A DNA stretch of 64,000 nucleotides from Candidatus Bathyarchaeota archaeon (GTDB lineage: Archaea > Thermoproteota > Bathyarchaeia > Bathyarchaeales > Bathycorpusculaceae). This document shows positions 22,860 through 33,100 of the stretch, in pieces (the first letter of the stretch is position 1; every line of letters begins with the position of its first letter). The position numbers were made by a program, and so were the translations under genes. Below the pieces are notes generated by a model. The model saw only the letters and a list, made by a program, of their open reading frames with translations. It made no database searches and was not told the origin of the DNA. The stretch is from positions 512,001 to 576,000 of the forward strand of contig CAVYES010000006.1 of NCBI GenBank assembly GCA_963767735.1, given 5' to 3'.

Positions 22860-23165
22860 ATGGAAAAAGTCAAGGAACGAATCTTCTCTGTTGAACTTAA
22901 ATCAAAAAGAAACATTCAAAACGTCACTCTAACCAACGGCTCGAGCGCGCGTTGGATTGGTGGTATAGGGCTCTGTGTATTAGCAGTTCTGTTAGGGTTT
23001 TATGGACTTGAAGTTCTGTTAAAAGTCTTTAAATTCGTTGCAACAAGCTTTGTTGCCCCAGTAGGAATAGGTAGTTCAGTGGTAGCGCTCTTCATGTTCC
23101 TATTTGGATGGTATTTATACAAATCGGCAAAGCCACGAGGAACATTAAACGTACATAATCAATAA
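22860..23165 (+). CDS. Hypothetical membrane protein, possibly chimeric
   Basis: GAGG RBS; soluble N-terminus joined abruptly to two TM helices. Confidence 0.45.
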   Translation: MEKVKERIFSVELKSKRNIQNVTLTNGSSARWIGGIGLCVLAVLLGFYGLEVLLKVFKFVATSFVAPVGIGSSVVALFMFLFGWYLYKSAKPRGTLNVHNQ

Positions 23166-23177
23166 GATTTCAAGGAA

Positions 23178-23663
23178 TTGAATTACATGAAGATTCTGAT
23201 TATTTATGATACAGCTTCAGTTAATAGGAACACGGATAAAGTTGCCAAGGCGATGAAGGAGGTTCTCAAAGAAAAAGGGTTTGAAGTTGACTGTCTCTAC
23301 GTTAAGGATGTTGACCCTGCAAGTGTGAAGAATTATGATTGTGTCTTGGCTGGGTCACCTACACATTGGCATAGGGCGACTGGACCAGTAATGCAATTTC
23401 TTGACAGGCTTGGCGAAGGCGCGTTTTCTGGAAAACTTGCCGCGGCATTCGACACGCAGTTTCAAATGCCCCTCAGTGGAAACGCTGCAAGCGGGATAGA
23501 GAAAAAGCTCGAAAAACTCGGTTTTAAAATAGTCATGCCATCTTTGGTTACCTACGTTCAAAGCAAGAAGGACGTTGACGGCAAGAGCGGAATGCACCTG
23601 AAAGACGGAGAACTTGAGAAAGCGAAGAAATATGCGGAAGACCTAGCACACAAACTTCACTAA
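23178..23663 (+). CDS. Flavodoxin family protein
   Basis: ILIIYDT..NTDKVA, AGSPT, AAAFDT. Confidence 0.85.
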   Translation: MNYMKILIIYDTASVNRNTDKVAKAMKEVLKEKGFEVDCLYVKDVDPASVKNYDCVLAGSPTHWHRATGPVMQFLDRLGEGAFSGKLAAAFDTQFQMPLSGNAASGIEKKLEKLGFKIVMPSLVTYVQSKKDVDGKSGMHLKDGELEKAKKYAEDLAHKLH

Positions 23664-23817
23664 CAACGTTTATTGAATAAGAGCAACCCGTTCTGCGCCA
23701 ACCGTCAGCTTTCGTTAAATTTGAGATTTCAATGCTGATGGTTACGGAAAAGAACAATCTTTATTTCTCTGGTGTGACCTTACTTACGAATTCATATTCG
23801 AGTAGTGGGGTGTAAAA

Positions 23818-23949
23818 ATGTTATCTCGTGATTGTGACGGATGCGAAAGACAACTATCTGAGTGTAAACGTCGTTTTTCTCAGGTTTGTTTAGGTGAGAA
23901 AGTCTTTTGTCCAGACGGCACAGCTCATCTCGTTGACTGCAAAAGTTAA
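23818..23949 (+). CDS. 43 aa Cys-rich protein (MLSRDCDGCERQLSECKRRFSQVCLGEKVFCPDGTAHLVDCKS)
   Basis: GGGGTG RBS; six Cys; below the ORF-track length cutoff. Confidence 0.6.
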   Translation: MLSRDCDGCERQLSECKRRFSQVCLGEKVFCPDGTAHLVDCKS

Positions 23950-24155
23950 TGTCAATAAGTGACGCAGTTTCTTTGCAGGTACCATCAATGAAAGTACCTT
24001 TTCTTGTTTGGGCTGGGATGCGCTTAATTATTTAAGTGTCCTCAATTCAGAAGTAGTGTCCTAACTTGAATAAATAACCAGAAAAACAGTTTAGAGCAAA
24101 CGTCTTTGCACAAAAAAAGGGGGGAATTGGTCCAATCGCCCACGAACTGCGAGTG

Positions 24156-24935
24156 TTAAATTGTTGTGTTTGTGTTGGTAAGGATCTTTTCTTCGTGTCG
24201 TCCTATCTGATAGAGCTTTATGCCTGTCAGAACCCACCATATGAACGTTAGAAAAACACCTCCGACAAGAAATACATTTGGCCAAATAGTTGATCCATAA
24301 AAATTACCGTAAGCCCCATTGTAACCCGCAGGCGCGAGAGCCCAGTAAATGTAAAAACCGATAATGAGTATGTTTCCCAGAGTTCCCACGAGCGCAAGCA
24401 CTTTGTGGAAGACATGGCTTCGCAACATGGCAAATGAAATCATCAAGCCTGCAATAGCTATGAAGAGATACCCCACGCTATAGAACAAGCCTGGGTTCGC
24501 GGCGACCAACGCCTGGCCTTGTTGCAAGAATATGGTGCGTTGTGCGTCTGTTGTTGCAGCTGCGTATTGGTCGCTAACGGCAAGCATCGAGTAGGAGGTA
24601 TTCGTTGCCCAATACGCTGCCATGCCAGCAAAGGCTAAGGGTGTTGCGATTGTAACCCAAGTATTCTTTGCTCGTCTTAGGACAAAGTAGATGGCCAGAA
24701 ACATCGGGCCAAGCAGAGCTACGGCGACTGCGTCGAAGAACGCACTTTCTATGAATGCTAGAACCCTGTTAGTCTGAAAGAGCATGAACCAACCGATGGC
24801 GGTTGTAGGCGAAGGCTTAATGACATAAATGATGGCTTCGATTATGTATATCAGTAATGCAATTTGAGGTGCTATACCGCCGATCTTACATAAATCCTTC
24901 CACTTTGAATCAGCAGCTTCTTGAGAGTTGCTCAA
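24156..24935 (-). CDS. Multi-pass membrane protein (DUF4386-like)
   Basis: Several TM helices; SMLAVSDQYAAA motif. Confidence 0.7.
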   Translation of the reverse strand: MSNSQEAADSKWKDLCKIGGIAPQIALLIYIIEAIIYVIKPSPTTAIGWFMLFQTNRVLAFIESAFFDAVAVALLGPMFLAIYFVLRRAKNTWVTIATPLAFAGMAAYWATNTSYSMLAVSDQYAAATTDAQRTIFLQQGQALVAANPGLFYSVGYLFIAIAGLMISFAMLRSHVFHKVLALVGTLGNILIIGFYIYWALAPAGYNGAYGNFYGSTIWPNVFLVGGVFLTFIWWVLTGIKLYQIGRHEEKILTNTNTTI

Positions 24936-25304
24936 AACGCTCTGCCCTCAAAAGCCCTATATGTGCAGATTTATTCTTAAATTTTTTCTTTTTTGTAGAA
25001 GCCTCAATTTAGGAACAACCATGTGCGCTCTAGCATACGTAATTCCCTGTTAATTTCCAGTCGATAATCCCGCTTATAAAAATGAGCCTGATATTCCACG
25101 CGCACTGATAAACAGTAAATATGTTCTTTTTATGTGGCTTAAGCTTTCACGACCTATCGCAAGAGGTTAATTGGCGTCAATAAGTTGGTTGAGCAAATGT
25201 ATGTGTGATGTTGCAGTAACAAATGTTTAAACATCAGCGATTGTCAATAATGATTTGAGTGTTTTTCTACAGACGAATAATCTTTGGAGGAGCTTGTTTG
25301 ATTC

Positions 25305-25700
25305 ATGGCTGAGAATAAGCGTAGCATACTGATAATTGATGATAACTCTTCTATTCTGAGAACTATGACTCGACTCTTGAGTAGAGAAAGTTACGATGTT
25401 TATACTGCGCAAACGGGCAAAGAGGCTTCAGAAAAACTGTCGACTAAAAAGTTTGATGCAGCTTTGATTGATGTTGGTTTAGGCGAAACATTGGGGACCG
25501 ATCTGTTGCCTCTGATGAATAAAGTAGCCCCCAACATGTTGAAGATTGTATTCACAGGTACGCCTATGTCAAAGGGTACGCTCGACGAGGTAAATAGAGG
25601 AGCCGACGTATTTCTGCTTAAGCCTGTTAAACCAGACACCCTCATTGGAATTCTCGAAGAAAAACTTAAAGGGAAAACAAGTACCGTTTCAACACACTGA
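25305..25700 (+). CDS. Single-domain response regulator
   Basis: ILIIDD, LIDV, FTG, LKP. Confidence 0.9.
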   Translation: MAENKRSILIIDDNSSILRTMTRLLSRESYDVYTAQTGKEASEKLSTKKFDAALIDVGLGETLGTDLLPLMNKVAPNMLKIVFTGTPMSKGTLDEVNRGADVFLLKPVKPDTLIGILEEKLKGKTSTVSTH

Positions 25701-25924
25701 GATTATACTCGTGCATCAGCTGGCGCCAGTATGGGTTTATGCTAAAAGCTGGAGATGGGTTCTGATTTTAAGTGCGCTTCTCTACCCCGTTTAGGGTGCA
25801 AAGAAGTGGCTTGCATATCCAATTACCTTGGATACTCTAATTAACATGAACTATTCGCCATCATGCTTTTGCGAAATTTAAATGAAGCAAATTACTAATT
25901 CAAATGAACCTCAACTGTGTAGAT

Positions 25925-26011
25925 TTTTGACAAAATAAACTCAAAAACAATACAGAAAACCATAAAATGGCGCAGGGAGGGGGATCCCAGCCCCATTTTA
26001 CCAGTAAAAAA
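25925..26011 (-). repeat. tRNA-Ser att-like repeat D
   Basis: TAAAATGGCGCAGGGAGGGGGAT (25963-25985) matches 61011-61033 at 22/23, followed by CCCAGC and TTTTACCAGTAAAAA; left arm resembles 60975-61000. Confidence 0.88.
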
Positions 26012-26222
26012 GATGTTGAGGGTGCGCGCTCCATTAGAAATGATTATTTAAAATTCCTTCAAGCTTAAAAGTTTTGAGATTCCTCTGGAGTAAGGGATCC
26101 TATTGTATTGGTAGCTGTCAATCAGAACTGATTTTTTTTATCGCTGTTTGCGCTGATAGGTTGGCTTCTTTGTTTTTTCGGCAGAAAGCGCAGAAACGGA
26201 GGAATGCTTAGATGTTAACTAA

Positions 26223-26642
26223 TCAAGGTTTGGTTCTGACTTGCCAAAGACCCATAACATTCCCTTCAGAATCACTGAAGTATGCTGTGTAGCCTCTATC
26301 GCCAAATTCAGTTTTGCCAACAAGTACCTTGCCGCCCTCTTTTGCAATTCTTTTCAATGTATCATCCATGTCTGTCACGGTTACGGTGACAACGGGCGTG
26401 GTTACCTCTTTGGTTCTCTTGATTATTGCACCATTCACTTCAAATGGCCTTGGCAAGACAACCTTATCGTCTACTCTTATTGTCAGCAGCCGGGTGTACT
26501 TGACGCCTGGAACAGGATTTAGCTCCCATTTGAAAACCTTCATATAGAAATTAGTTGCGCGTTCAACATTATCCGCTGGGATTTCAAAATGTTCAACTTT
26601 ATCCATAAAAATCAACTGTAATAGTAAATAAAATAATTGCAT
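26223..26642 (-). CDS. VOC/glyoxalase family protein
   Basis: HFEIPADNVERA..FY; DSEGNVMGLW; likely start at MDKVEH. Confidence 0.88.
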   Translation of the reverse strand: MQLFYLLLQLIFMDKVEHFEIPADNVERATNFYMKVFKWELNPVPGVKYTRLLTIRVDDKVVLPRPFEVNGAIIKRTKEVTTPVVTVTVTDMDDTLKRIAKEGGKVLVGKTEFGDRGYTAYFSDSEGNVMGLWQVRTKP

Positions 26643-26728
26643 AAAAAAGTAACGGCAAGATGCCTCAGATGGGCCTATTCCAGTTTTTGAAGTTTTATTG
26701 TTTTGGCAGAAAGTGGAGGAAATCTTAG

Positions 26729-27165
26729 ATGGCGATTAATCAAGCCTAGCGGTTTCGGAGTTGCTGCAGGGCAATTGGGAGCTATCAAGTCCGGCGGCTG
26801 CCGCAAATATCTTGTGGCCTACAACTCGAACGGATGCGATTGGAGTGACTCAGGGAAAAGGATCCTTACAAGTAGCTGTCTACAACGCGAGCCCCAGCAT
26901 GCAGGTTGATGCGCTAAGTCGCGAATGTTACCTGGTTACTGAAAAACTTGTCGTCGACATAATTGTTGTTAACGCTAGCCAAAGCACAGCAGATTTGGCG
27001 GCTGCAGAATCTGCTTTGGAGTCCTTGCAGTCTGAAGTTATCCGCATTATACACTTGCAAGATCCAAACTATGTGGTAACCGGAGAACCGATTCATAGTA
27101 ATGCAACTGAGGTAACCCGCGTTATGATCAATGTTGACGCCGTGTACTTCAGCATTTCAAGTTAG
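26729..27165 (+). pseudogene. Probable viral head-tail/tail-completion gene remnant
   Basis: GGAGG then ATG at 26729 that is out of frame with ORF 26761..27165; context of gp10-like and tail-tube-like fragments; function inferred. Confidence 0.35.
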
Positions 27166-27310
27166 TAGGCAGGTGAAACGAATGGCAGAACAAAAAAAGG
27201 CAGCAAACCAGAAGTTCAAGACCAAATTTAGCACTTGGGTTGTAACTTACAAAAATGGAGCTCAGGTTTTAGTTGAGCACAGAGTAACGAAAATAGCTTA
27301 GAAAATTGGT

Positions 27311-27850
27311 TTATGTTTTAACTGGCTCAGGATATTTGTATTCGTATTCATCTTTTTTCCGTTGGCTCTTGGGCTTTCGGAATGCTCCTAGAATTGCAAG
27401 AATAATTCCAATAATGATGAAGACTGCGCCTGCAAGCGTTAGCAACCCTAATGCAGCTGTTGTTCCAAGTGACCCACTAGTAATCGCTAATCTTGTGTTT
27501 GGTTGAGTAGAGGAAAAGATCACGTAGTAATAATTGCCTGTGATTGAAGTGTAGGCTTCGGTTCCTGCAACAGATGTGGTACTTGATAGAGCATAAGAGC
27601 TGATATTATTCGAATTAACTAAAGTTATGTCTTGAGCAGGAACTAACCCCCCGACACTCGGAGGAGATCTTACAATGATCGATGAAGATGAGTTCAAAAG
27701 AATCTCGCTAGACACGTATTCGCCCGGATTAGATTGATTAAAAACTTTTATTGTACTTGTGGATCCTCGAAGACCAATCACTCCGGACGCAAAAAGTGCA
27801 ATTCCTATGATTAATAAAACTACACCTATCGTTACCATGCGCTTTCTCAT
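27311..27850 (-). CDS. Two-TM membrane protein
   Basis: N- and C-terminal TM helices, basic tail. Confidence 0.7.
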   Translation of the reverse strand: MRKRMVTIGVVLLIIGIALFASGVIGLRGSTSTIKVFNQSNPGEYVSSEILLNSSSSIIVRSPPSVGGLVPAQDITLVNSNNISSYALSSTTSVAGTEAYTSITGNYYYVIFSSTQPNTRLAITSGSLGTTAALGLLTLAGAVFIIIGIILAILGAFRKPKSQRKKDEYEYKYPEPVKT

Positions 27851-28217
27851 ATTTCATGCCTTAGCTTACTCTTTCAGGCAAATTATTTAAACGTGCTGAG
27901 CGCCGTGGTGCTTTCGCTCTTTTAACGCAAAGTCAATAACAAAAATAATTGACAAAATTGCCCCCCAATGATTAGTCCTACCAAATATAGGTTACTAGGC
28001 TGCTGCTTAAACGATTGAAATGCCTGAATTTACTAACCAAAGCAATAACAATTCCGGTAAGAAGAAGAATAATGCCAATTCTGCCAACAATCGTTCCATA
28101 CCTCAAATTTTTCACCTACTGGATACCCATTTGGCGCTAGGTATTTAAATAAAATTGAAGAAAGCGGGACAAAACGTCGCGCATGGATTAGACGGTTGCA
28201 GCATCGAGGTGAAAGGA

Positions 28218-28274
28218 ATGAGTATTTCTGTTCAGGTTAATTTGTCAAATTTTGATATGCTTAGCCGCTGCTAA
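28218..28274 (+). pseudogene. 5' stub paralogous to the gp10-like gene at 29338
   Basis: MSISVQVNLSNFDMLSRC* versus MSVQISVNLTNFDVLSRC; GAGGTGA RBS. Confidence 0.7.
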
Positions 28275-28346
28275 ATGTCAAAAATAAAAACACCCGATGA
28301 AAAACTGAAGTACAAAAACCTAAAGAGCAGCTAGACCCTCAGTGGC

Positions 28347-29087
28347 CTAACCAATTACCATTCTGTGCATGAACGTGCCGAGCCATGAGCAGTATAAGAC
28401 TTGCCCAGTTTGACCGTTGACAGTTGTCATTCCATAGTAGTTGGTTCCTTCGAGCACTTGCATCATGTAGTATCCGTAGAACGTTGTCACTTGTCCGACT
28501 GTGGTTCCTGGGTAGTTGGTGTTTAGGTATTGTTGTGCCGTAGTTTTAGCTTGATCCATTGTAACTGACATCGCTGTGGTTGGTGTTCCTCTAAGCCAGG
28601 TCATCATACCGCCTGAGCCCATCATGCCGCCAGTTGTTGTTCCCGTTTCCAAATAGGCCATCACGCCGGTGCTGCTTGAGATTCCGTATTTGGTGTTCCA
28701 TTCCATCATTGCGCCTTGTTCGGCTGTGACTGCTCCTGTAAAGTTGTTTATGGTTAGCTCGAATGCGCCTGCGCCCGTGTTTGTCTCTACGACTAGTGCG
28801 TAGAAGCAATTTGAGTATTGGTCAACTTCTGCGACTGAAAGATTTGAGTTGCCTAGTTGTGTCACATAGTTTTGGGCGATAGTTGTTGCATTATCGATTG
28901 TTATTGCAGTTGTGGTTGTTGATGGTGCTGTAGGAGTGGCTTGGGTTCCAATTCCTGCGGTTGAAGGTGGCGTTGCGTTCGAGTTTGTGGTCATGGGTAT
29001 GAATAGGAATACGAATGCTGAGGCGGTTACTAACGCTGCTGCGATTACCGCGACGGTTAAAATGATTACTATTTTCTTTGTGTTCAT
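28347..29087 (-). CDS. Membrane-anchored protein with two PepSY-like repeats and a Met/Gly-rich linker
   Basis: ITIDNATTIAQNYV and VTMDQAKTTAQQYL repeats; GGMMGSGGMM. Confidence 0.7.
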   Translation of the reverse strand: MNTKKIVIILTVAVIAAALVTASAFVFLFIPMTTNSNATPPSTAGIGTQATPTAPSTTTTAITIDNATTIAQNYVTQLGNSNLSVAEVDQYSNCFYALVVETNTGAGAFELTINNFTGAVTAEQGAMMEWNTKYGISSSTGVMAYLETGTTTGGMMGSGGMMTWLRGTPTTAMSVTMDQAKTTAQQYLNTNYPGTTVGQVTTFYGYYMMQVLEGTNYYGMTTVNGQTGQVLYCSWLGTFMHRMVIG

Positions 29088-29337
29088 TTTTTACTTCTCC
29101 TTGATGTTTACTTAAAGGGCTTTGAGTGATTTGATAGTTGGCTGAAACGGTTGTGAAACAGTTTTGAAAAGTGATGGCTACGTCTGCCCTTAAAGTTGGG
29201 GTATATCTATTTGCGACATACCTAATATGACACGCGTCATAACGCGTTTATAGGCGTTTTCACGCCAAAAACCAAATCCCATGGAAAACAACCCGAAATT
29301 CGTTAAAGTATTACTTCCACCTTGAGGACGGATTTAG

Positions 29338-29686
29338 TTGAGCGTTCAAATTTCAGTTAACTTGACAAATTTCGATGTGCTGAGCAGATGCTTTGATTGT
29401 CTTTGTGAGCAGTACCCGGAGGCGGTGGGGCAAGCTATGAGGAATGTTGCCCAGAATATTTTGGCGACTGCAAACATTTTGGTTCCGGTGCGGACGGGTT
29501 ATTTTAAAAAGTACCTTAACGGCAGAGCAGCTTCTAAGTCATTTTCAAATTAAACTGAAGGCTACGGCGCCATACGCATATTATGTTGAGTTTGGCACCC
29601 GGAAGATGTCAGCGAAACTTTTCCTTACTAACTCGGTTAATCAGCATCTTGGCGATTTCGCGCCGGAAATTGAGCAGCAAATCTAA
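29338..29686 (+). pseudogene. HK97 gp10-like viral tail/neck component, frameshifted
   Basis: LVPVRTGY in one frame and ATAPYAYYVEFGTRKM in another are hallmark gp10-family motifs. Confidence 0.7.
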
Positions 29687-29919
29687 GATTTGTTACTGGG
29701 CTACAATAGAAAATAAGTAAAATCTTGCGTTCAAAATTCTCAAGAGGGCAGAGGGAGATTCTGAGAAGGGTTCTGTTTGTTACATCCAATTCATCCAAGA
29801 GAAAACAACCAAGTTTGCTTGTCATTGTCAGATGACAGGAGTGTGATATTTATTCCTTTTTTCCAGTTTGGTTACTCAGGATCAACGAGGAGATATTAAG
29901 ATCGCTGCATTACAAAAAA

Positions 29920-30930
29920 GTGGTGAAGAAATATATGACCAAAGACAAAGCGATGCGCGCTGTAGTTATAGATCGCTTCGGCGGTCCTGAAGTCATGTCA
30001 GTAAGGAACGTTTCCGTCCCCGAACCTGAGCCAGATCAGATTTTAGTCCAGGTTGAATCAGCGGGGGTTGCAATATGGGATGCCACTGAAAGAGAGGGTC
30101 TTCTTGCAAAGAGATCAGGAGTTCAACCCAAGTTCCCATGGATACTAGGTTCAGAGGGCGCCGGTAAGATCGTGGCTGTCGGAGACAAAGTTAGCGAGTT
30201 TCGGAATGGCGATCTAGTTTACGGAGGCGTATGGACGACAAATCCAAAGGCAGGATTTTACGCTGACTACACCGCCCTAAACGCCGAGAAGGCATGGCCA
30301 ATTCCATCTACGGTAACGACAAAGCAGGCAGGAACCTTGCTGATCGCCGGAGCAACCGCACTAACAGGGTTAGACACGCTCGGTCTGAAGCAAGACGAAA
30401 AACTTATGATCTTTGGCGCCAGCGGTGGTCTGGGGCATTTAGCAATACAACTTGCTAAACGACTCGGGGCACAGGTGTTTGCAGTAGCGTCAGGGGAAGA
30501 CGGAGTGGAGCTTGCCTTAAGGTTGGGAGCCAATACTGCGGTGGATGGACATCATGATGAGATAGCTGCTTCAGCCCGCGAGTTTGCCCCGACTGGTTTT
30601 GATGCAGCACTGCTAACAGTTTCTGGAACGAACCCTGAAGCTTTCAAGGCATCCGAAAATGCATTGACTGCTATGCGCGAAGGAGGACGAGTCGCGTACC
30701 CGTGGATAAGTAGCATCATGTCGGCTCCCAGGGCACCTTCTAACGTTCGCCTACTTGGCTATATGGGCAACACAGGCCGAGATTTTGTGAAGAAGCTCAA
30801 CAAACTAGTCGAAGCCGGTGCGTTCGAAGTGCATCTTGACAAGACCTTCAAGCTTGATCAGGTGGTGGACGCATTCGAATCTTTAAACTCACATCATCTA
30901 GGCAAGTTAGCTCTGCTTCCGAATACTTAA
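29920..30930 (+). CDS. NADPH:quinone oxidoreductase-like MDR family enzyme
   Basis: MRAVVIDRFGGPEV, GSEGAG, IFGASGGLGHLAIQLA. Confidence 0.9.
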   Translation: MVKKYMTKDKAMRAVVIDRFGGPEVMSVRNVSVPEPEPDQILVQVESAGVAIWDATEREGLLAKRSGVQPKFPWILGSEGAGKIVAVGDKVSEFRNGDLVYGGVWTTNPKAGFYADYTALNAEKAWPIPSTVTTKQAGTLLIAGATALTGLDTLGLKQDEKLMIFGASGGLGHLAIQLAKRLGAQVFAVASGEDGVELALRLGANTAVDGHHDEIAASAREFAPTGFDAALLTVSGTNPEAFKASENALTAMREGGRVAYPWISSIMSAPRAPSNVRLLGYMGNTGRDFVKKLNKLVEAGAFEVHLDKTFKLDQVVDAFESLNSHHLGKLALLPNT

Positions 30931-31304
30931 AGTGTTGAAGCACAGCAATCGGTTTCCTCACTGACTCCACCATGGATGTCAAAGCGGAAATGATTAAGGA
31001 ATACGTTTGCTCCTCAGGCGGATCGCCATCGCCAGCTTTCACCGCAAGCGGCAACCAATCCTATACGTTCAAAGCCTCAGCGCTCTACGTTCCAGCAAAC
31101 TATGCAGCATTACTTACCGATGTTCTCAATGGCTCATTGGTGATGGTTATTTGGGGTCATAGGGCACCACTACAGGTTCGGGACTCCAAAAATCACTTTG
31201 AGCAACGTTGTCTTGACGGCCTTTAGCGTGAAGAACGGGCAGAAAGGCACAATTGCGAACGATATTAGCGGTGAAGTGCAGTCTGTGGCCACAAGCACTT
31301 TCTA
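30931..31304 (+). pseudogene. Possible tail-tube gene remnant (5'-truncated, frameshifted)
   Basis: Small-residue beta-rich frames GNQSYTFKASALY.. and ..LSNVVLTAFSVKNGQKGTIANDISGEVQSVATSTF*; identity inferred. Confidence 0.35.
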
Positions 31305-31657
31305 GTGCTTTTTACGTTCTTTTCTTTGTTTTTCCAAGTTTCTTAGCCAAAATTAACAATTAGCACGCGTCAGCTTGTTGTTAAATCGATTTCTTTATGT
31401 TAATTTCTGCTTTATCTTGCAAGCATGGTGATGCATCTGGTTTTTTTTGGGACTGTTCAGCATTAAGCTATCTCTGCCGTCAGAAGCATGGCGATCATGC
31501 AGACAGCGCGTGTATTGAGATGTCTCCGAGGCCACACACTTCTTAATCTTGGTTTTTAACATTAGTACGGAGACAATTTTTCAGTAATTTTGGGAAAAGA
31601 TGCCCTGAATCGCAGGTCAAAGTGGTAAGTGAGGCGCAAACCGTTTCTTCATGAGTG

Positions 31658-31771
31658 CTAGTTAAGTTGGATTTTTCCGGTTATTCTCTTCTTTGCAATG
31701 ATAACCACGGACAAGACTATGATCATAGAGACAACTAGCGTAATTATTGACAATTGGGCTGGAAATTCTGG
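31658..31771 (-). pseudogene. Detached 3' end (PEF sorting signal + TM + basic tail) of the YVTN gene at 39334..40494
   Basis: Translates as PEFPAQLSIITLVVSMIIVLSVVIIAKKRITGKIQLN*; in frame with ..SPTVPE if 31774..39368 is removed. Confidence 0.9.
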
Positions 31772-31800
31772 AAATTGCGTTACAGGGGCGAAAGCATGGT

Positions 31801-31980
31801 AAAGTGTGCAATATAGGTGTGCAATAAGCACGGTGAAGTGTGCATTAACCGTTTAACTCTAATTTCATGGTATTCCTTACGGTATTCCACAGCATGGACT
31901 TATGGTATTCCATGCGCACTTTTTGGAATACCGTGAAACTTTAATCGGTTTCAGTGGTTTTCAGTGCTTTTTCGGTTTCG
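31801..31980. repeat. Short iterated motifs in the left arm of the element
   Basis: GTGTGCA at 31804, 31817, 31838 (also 39345); GGTATTCC at 31869, 31881, 31904 with inverted GGAATACC at 31925; TTTCAGTG repeats. Confidence 0.75.
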
Positions 31981-32343
31981 GGTTGTTAAATCGCTGTGCA
32001 CAGCCGCATAAGGGTTTTTTGGGCTTGTTTTAGTTAATTTTTGGGCTTTTTCTCCATTGAAAAAGACGGTTAAAAGGCTGTGTATTAGCTGTGTAATTTT
32101 AAAACTCGGTGTAAATCATAAACTTGGTTTACAAACTAAAATTACTTAAGCGAAACTTTGGTAACTAGTTAATGGGAAAATATGCCCGTTTTTAACTAAA
32201 ATTCACCGTTTTGTCTTTTATCGGTGAAAAGGTTATTTTTTCTTAATAATTTTGTAATTATCACATGATTTTGAGTTTTAGCTGTAATTTTTACAAAGCG
32301 ATAAGCCCTTCTCACCCTTTCAATTATCGCTAACCGTTTCCGA

Positions 32344-32493
32344 TTACCCTTTTACTAAGACAAGCTTTCCGTCTTCTTCAATGAAGAGTAGTAAATCTCC
32401 AACGGTCAATTGAAAACGCTTTCTCGCGTCAGAGGGAATTGTCACTTGTCCTTTTGTACTGAGCTTGCAAGCGCCCAGGGTTTTTCCTACCAA
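32344..32493 (-). CDS. AbrB/MazE/SpoVT family DNA-binding protein
   Basis: KLSTKGQVTIPSDARKRFQL..GD motif; TTG start after AGGTGA. Confidence 0.85.
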   Translation of the reverse strand: MVGKTLGACKLSTKGQVTIPSDARKRFQLTVGDLLLFIEEDGKLVLVKG

Positions 32494-32557
32494 ATGAGTT
32501 TCACCTGTTAGTAGGTAATGACAGGAAAGTCTTATATGTATTACCTTTGAATTACTA

Positions 32558-32780
32558 AGCCAGCGGTTGGTGTCCTTTAGCAGACTAGGCAAAAACGCCG
32601 TTTGAGGCGGCGTTGGAACATGACCCTTCAGAGATGAAGGTCATGGAATGCGCTCGGCACCCGAAGACATAATCGGTTCACCCGAAGGATGTCAGGGAGT
32701 CCCAGTGAGCCAGCCATGAACTATCGCGCATGGTGTGACTGGAGAAGGTATGAAGCTTAAGGGCTACAATCTCCCTTTTC
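32558..32780 (+). ncRNA. Candidate structured ncRNA (or structured ssDNA origin)
   Basis: GC-rich stretch with five consecutive stem-loops, a TATA-like CTTATAT at 32531 and a T-run at the end; strand inferred. Confidence 0.5.
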
Positions 32781-33100
32781 AAAACATCAAAAAATAATTG
32801 TTTTTCGCTACGTTTCCCCTTATTTTTGTGTGGAAAACGTATTTAAGCAGTGTCTTTTAACGTTTTCAGTAACTCTGACTCCTAAAAGGAGAAAACAAAA
32901 TGCCTATATTTAGTTTTGTTTTTGAGTGTTCGGGGGAACTTGCACGGCAAGCATGAGCCTAAAACGGTTCGACCCCGACAACCCATTAACCCAAAAACAG
33001 TACAGCCCGCAAAAGATAGCCCAGCTTAAACGGATGAAGGAAAAGCAAAAAAACGGTCAAAGTCAAAGATGGAAAAACCGACCGTGCTATGAACATTGGT

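Noticed and set aside
32520-32780. Structured region as RNase P RNA, SRP RNA or tRNA
   Set aside because: GGAAAGTC is present but the remaining RNase P consensus, the SRP helix 8 motif and a cloverleaf are not
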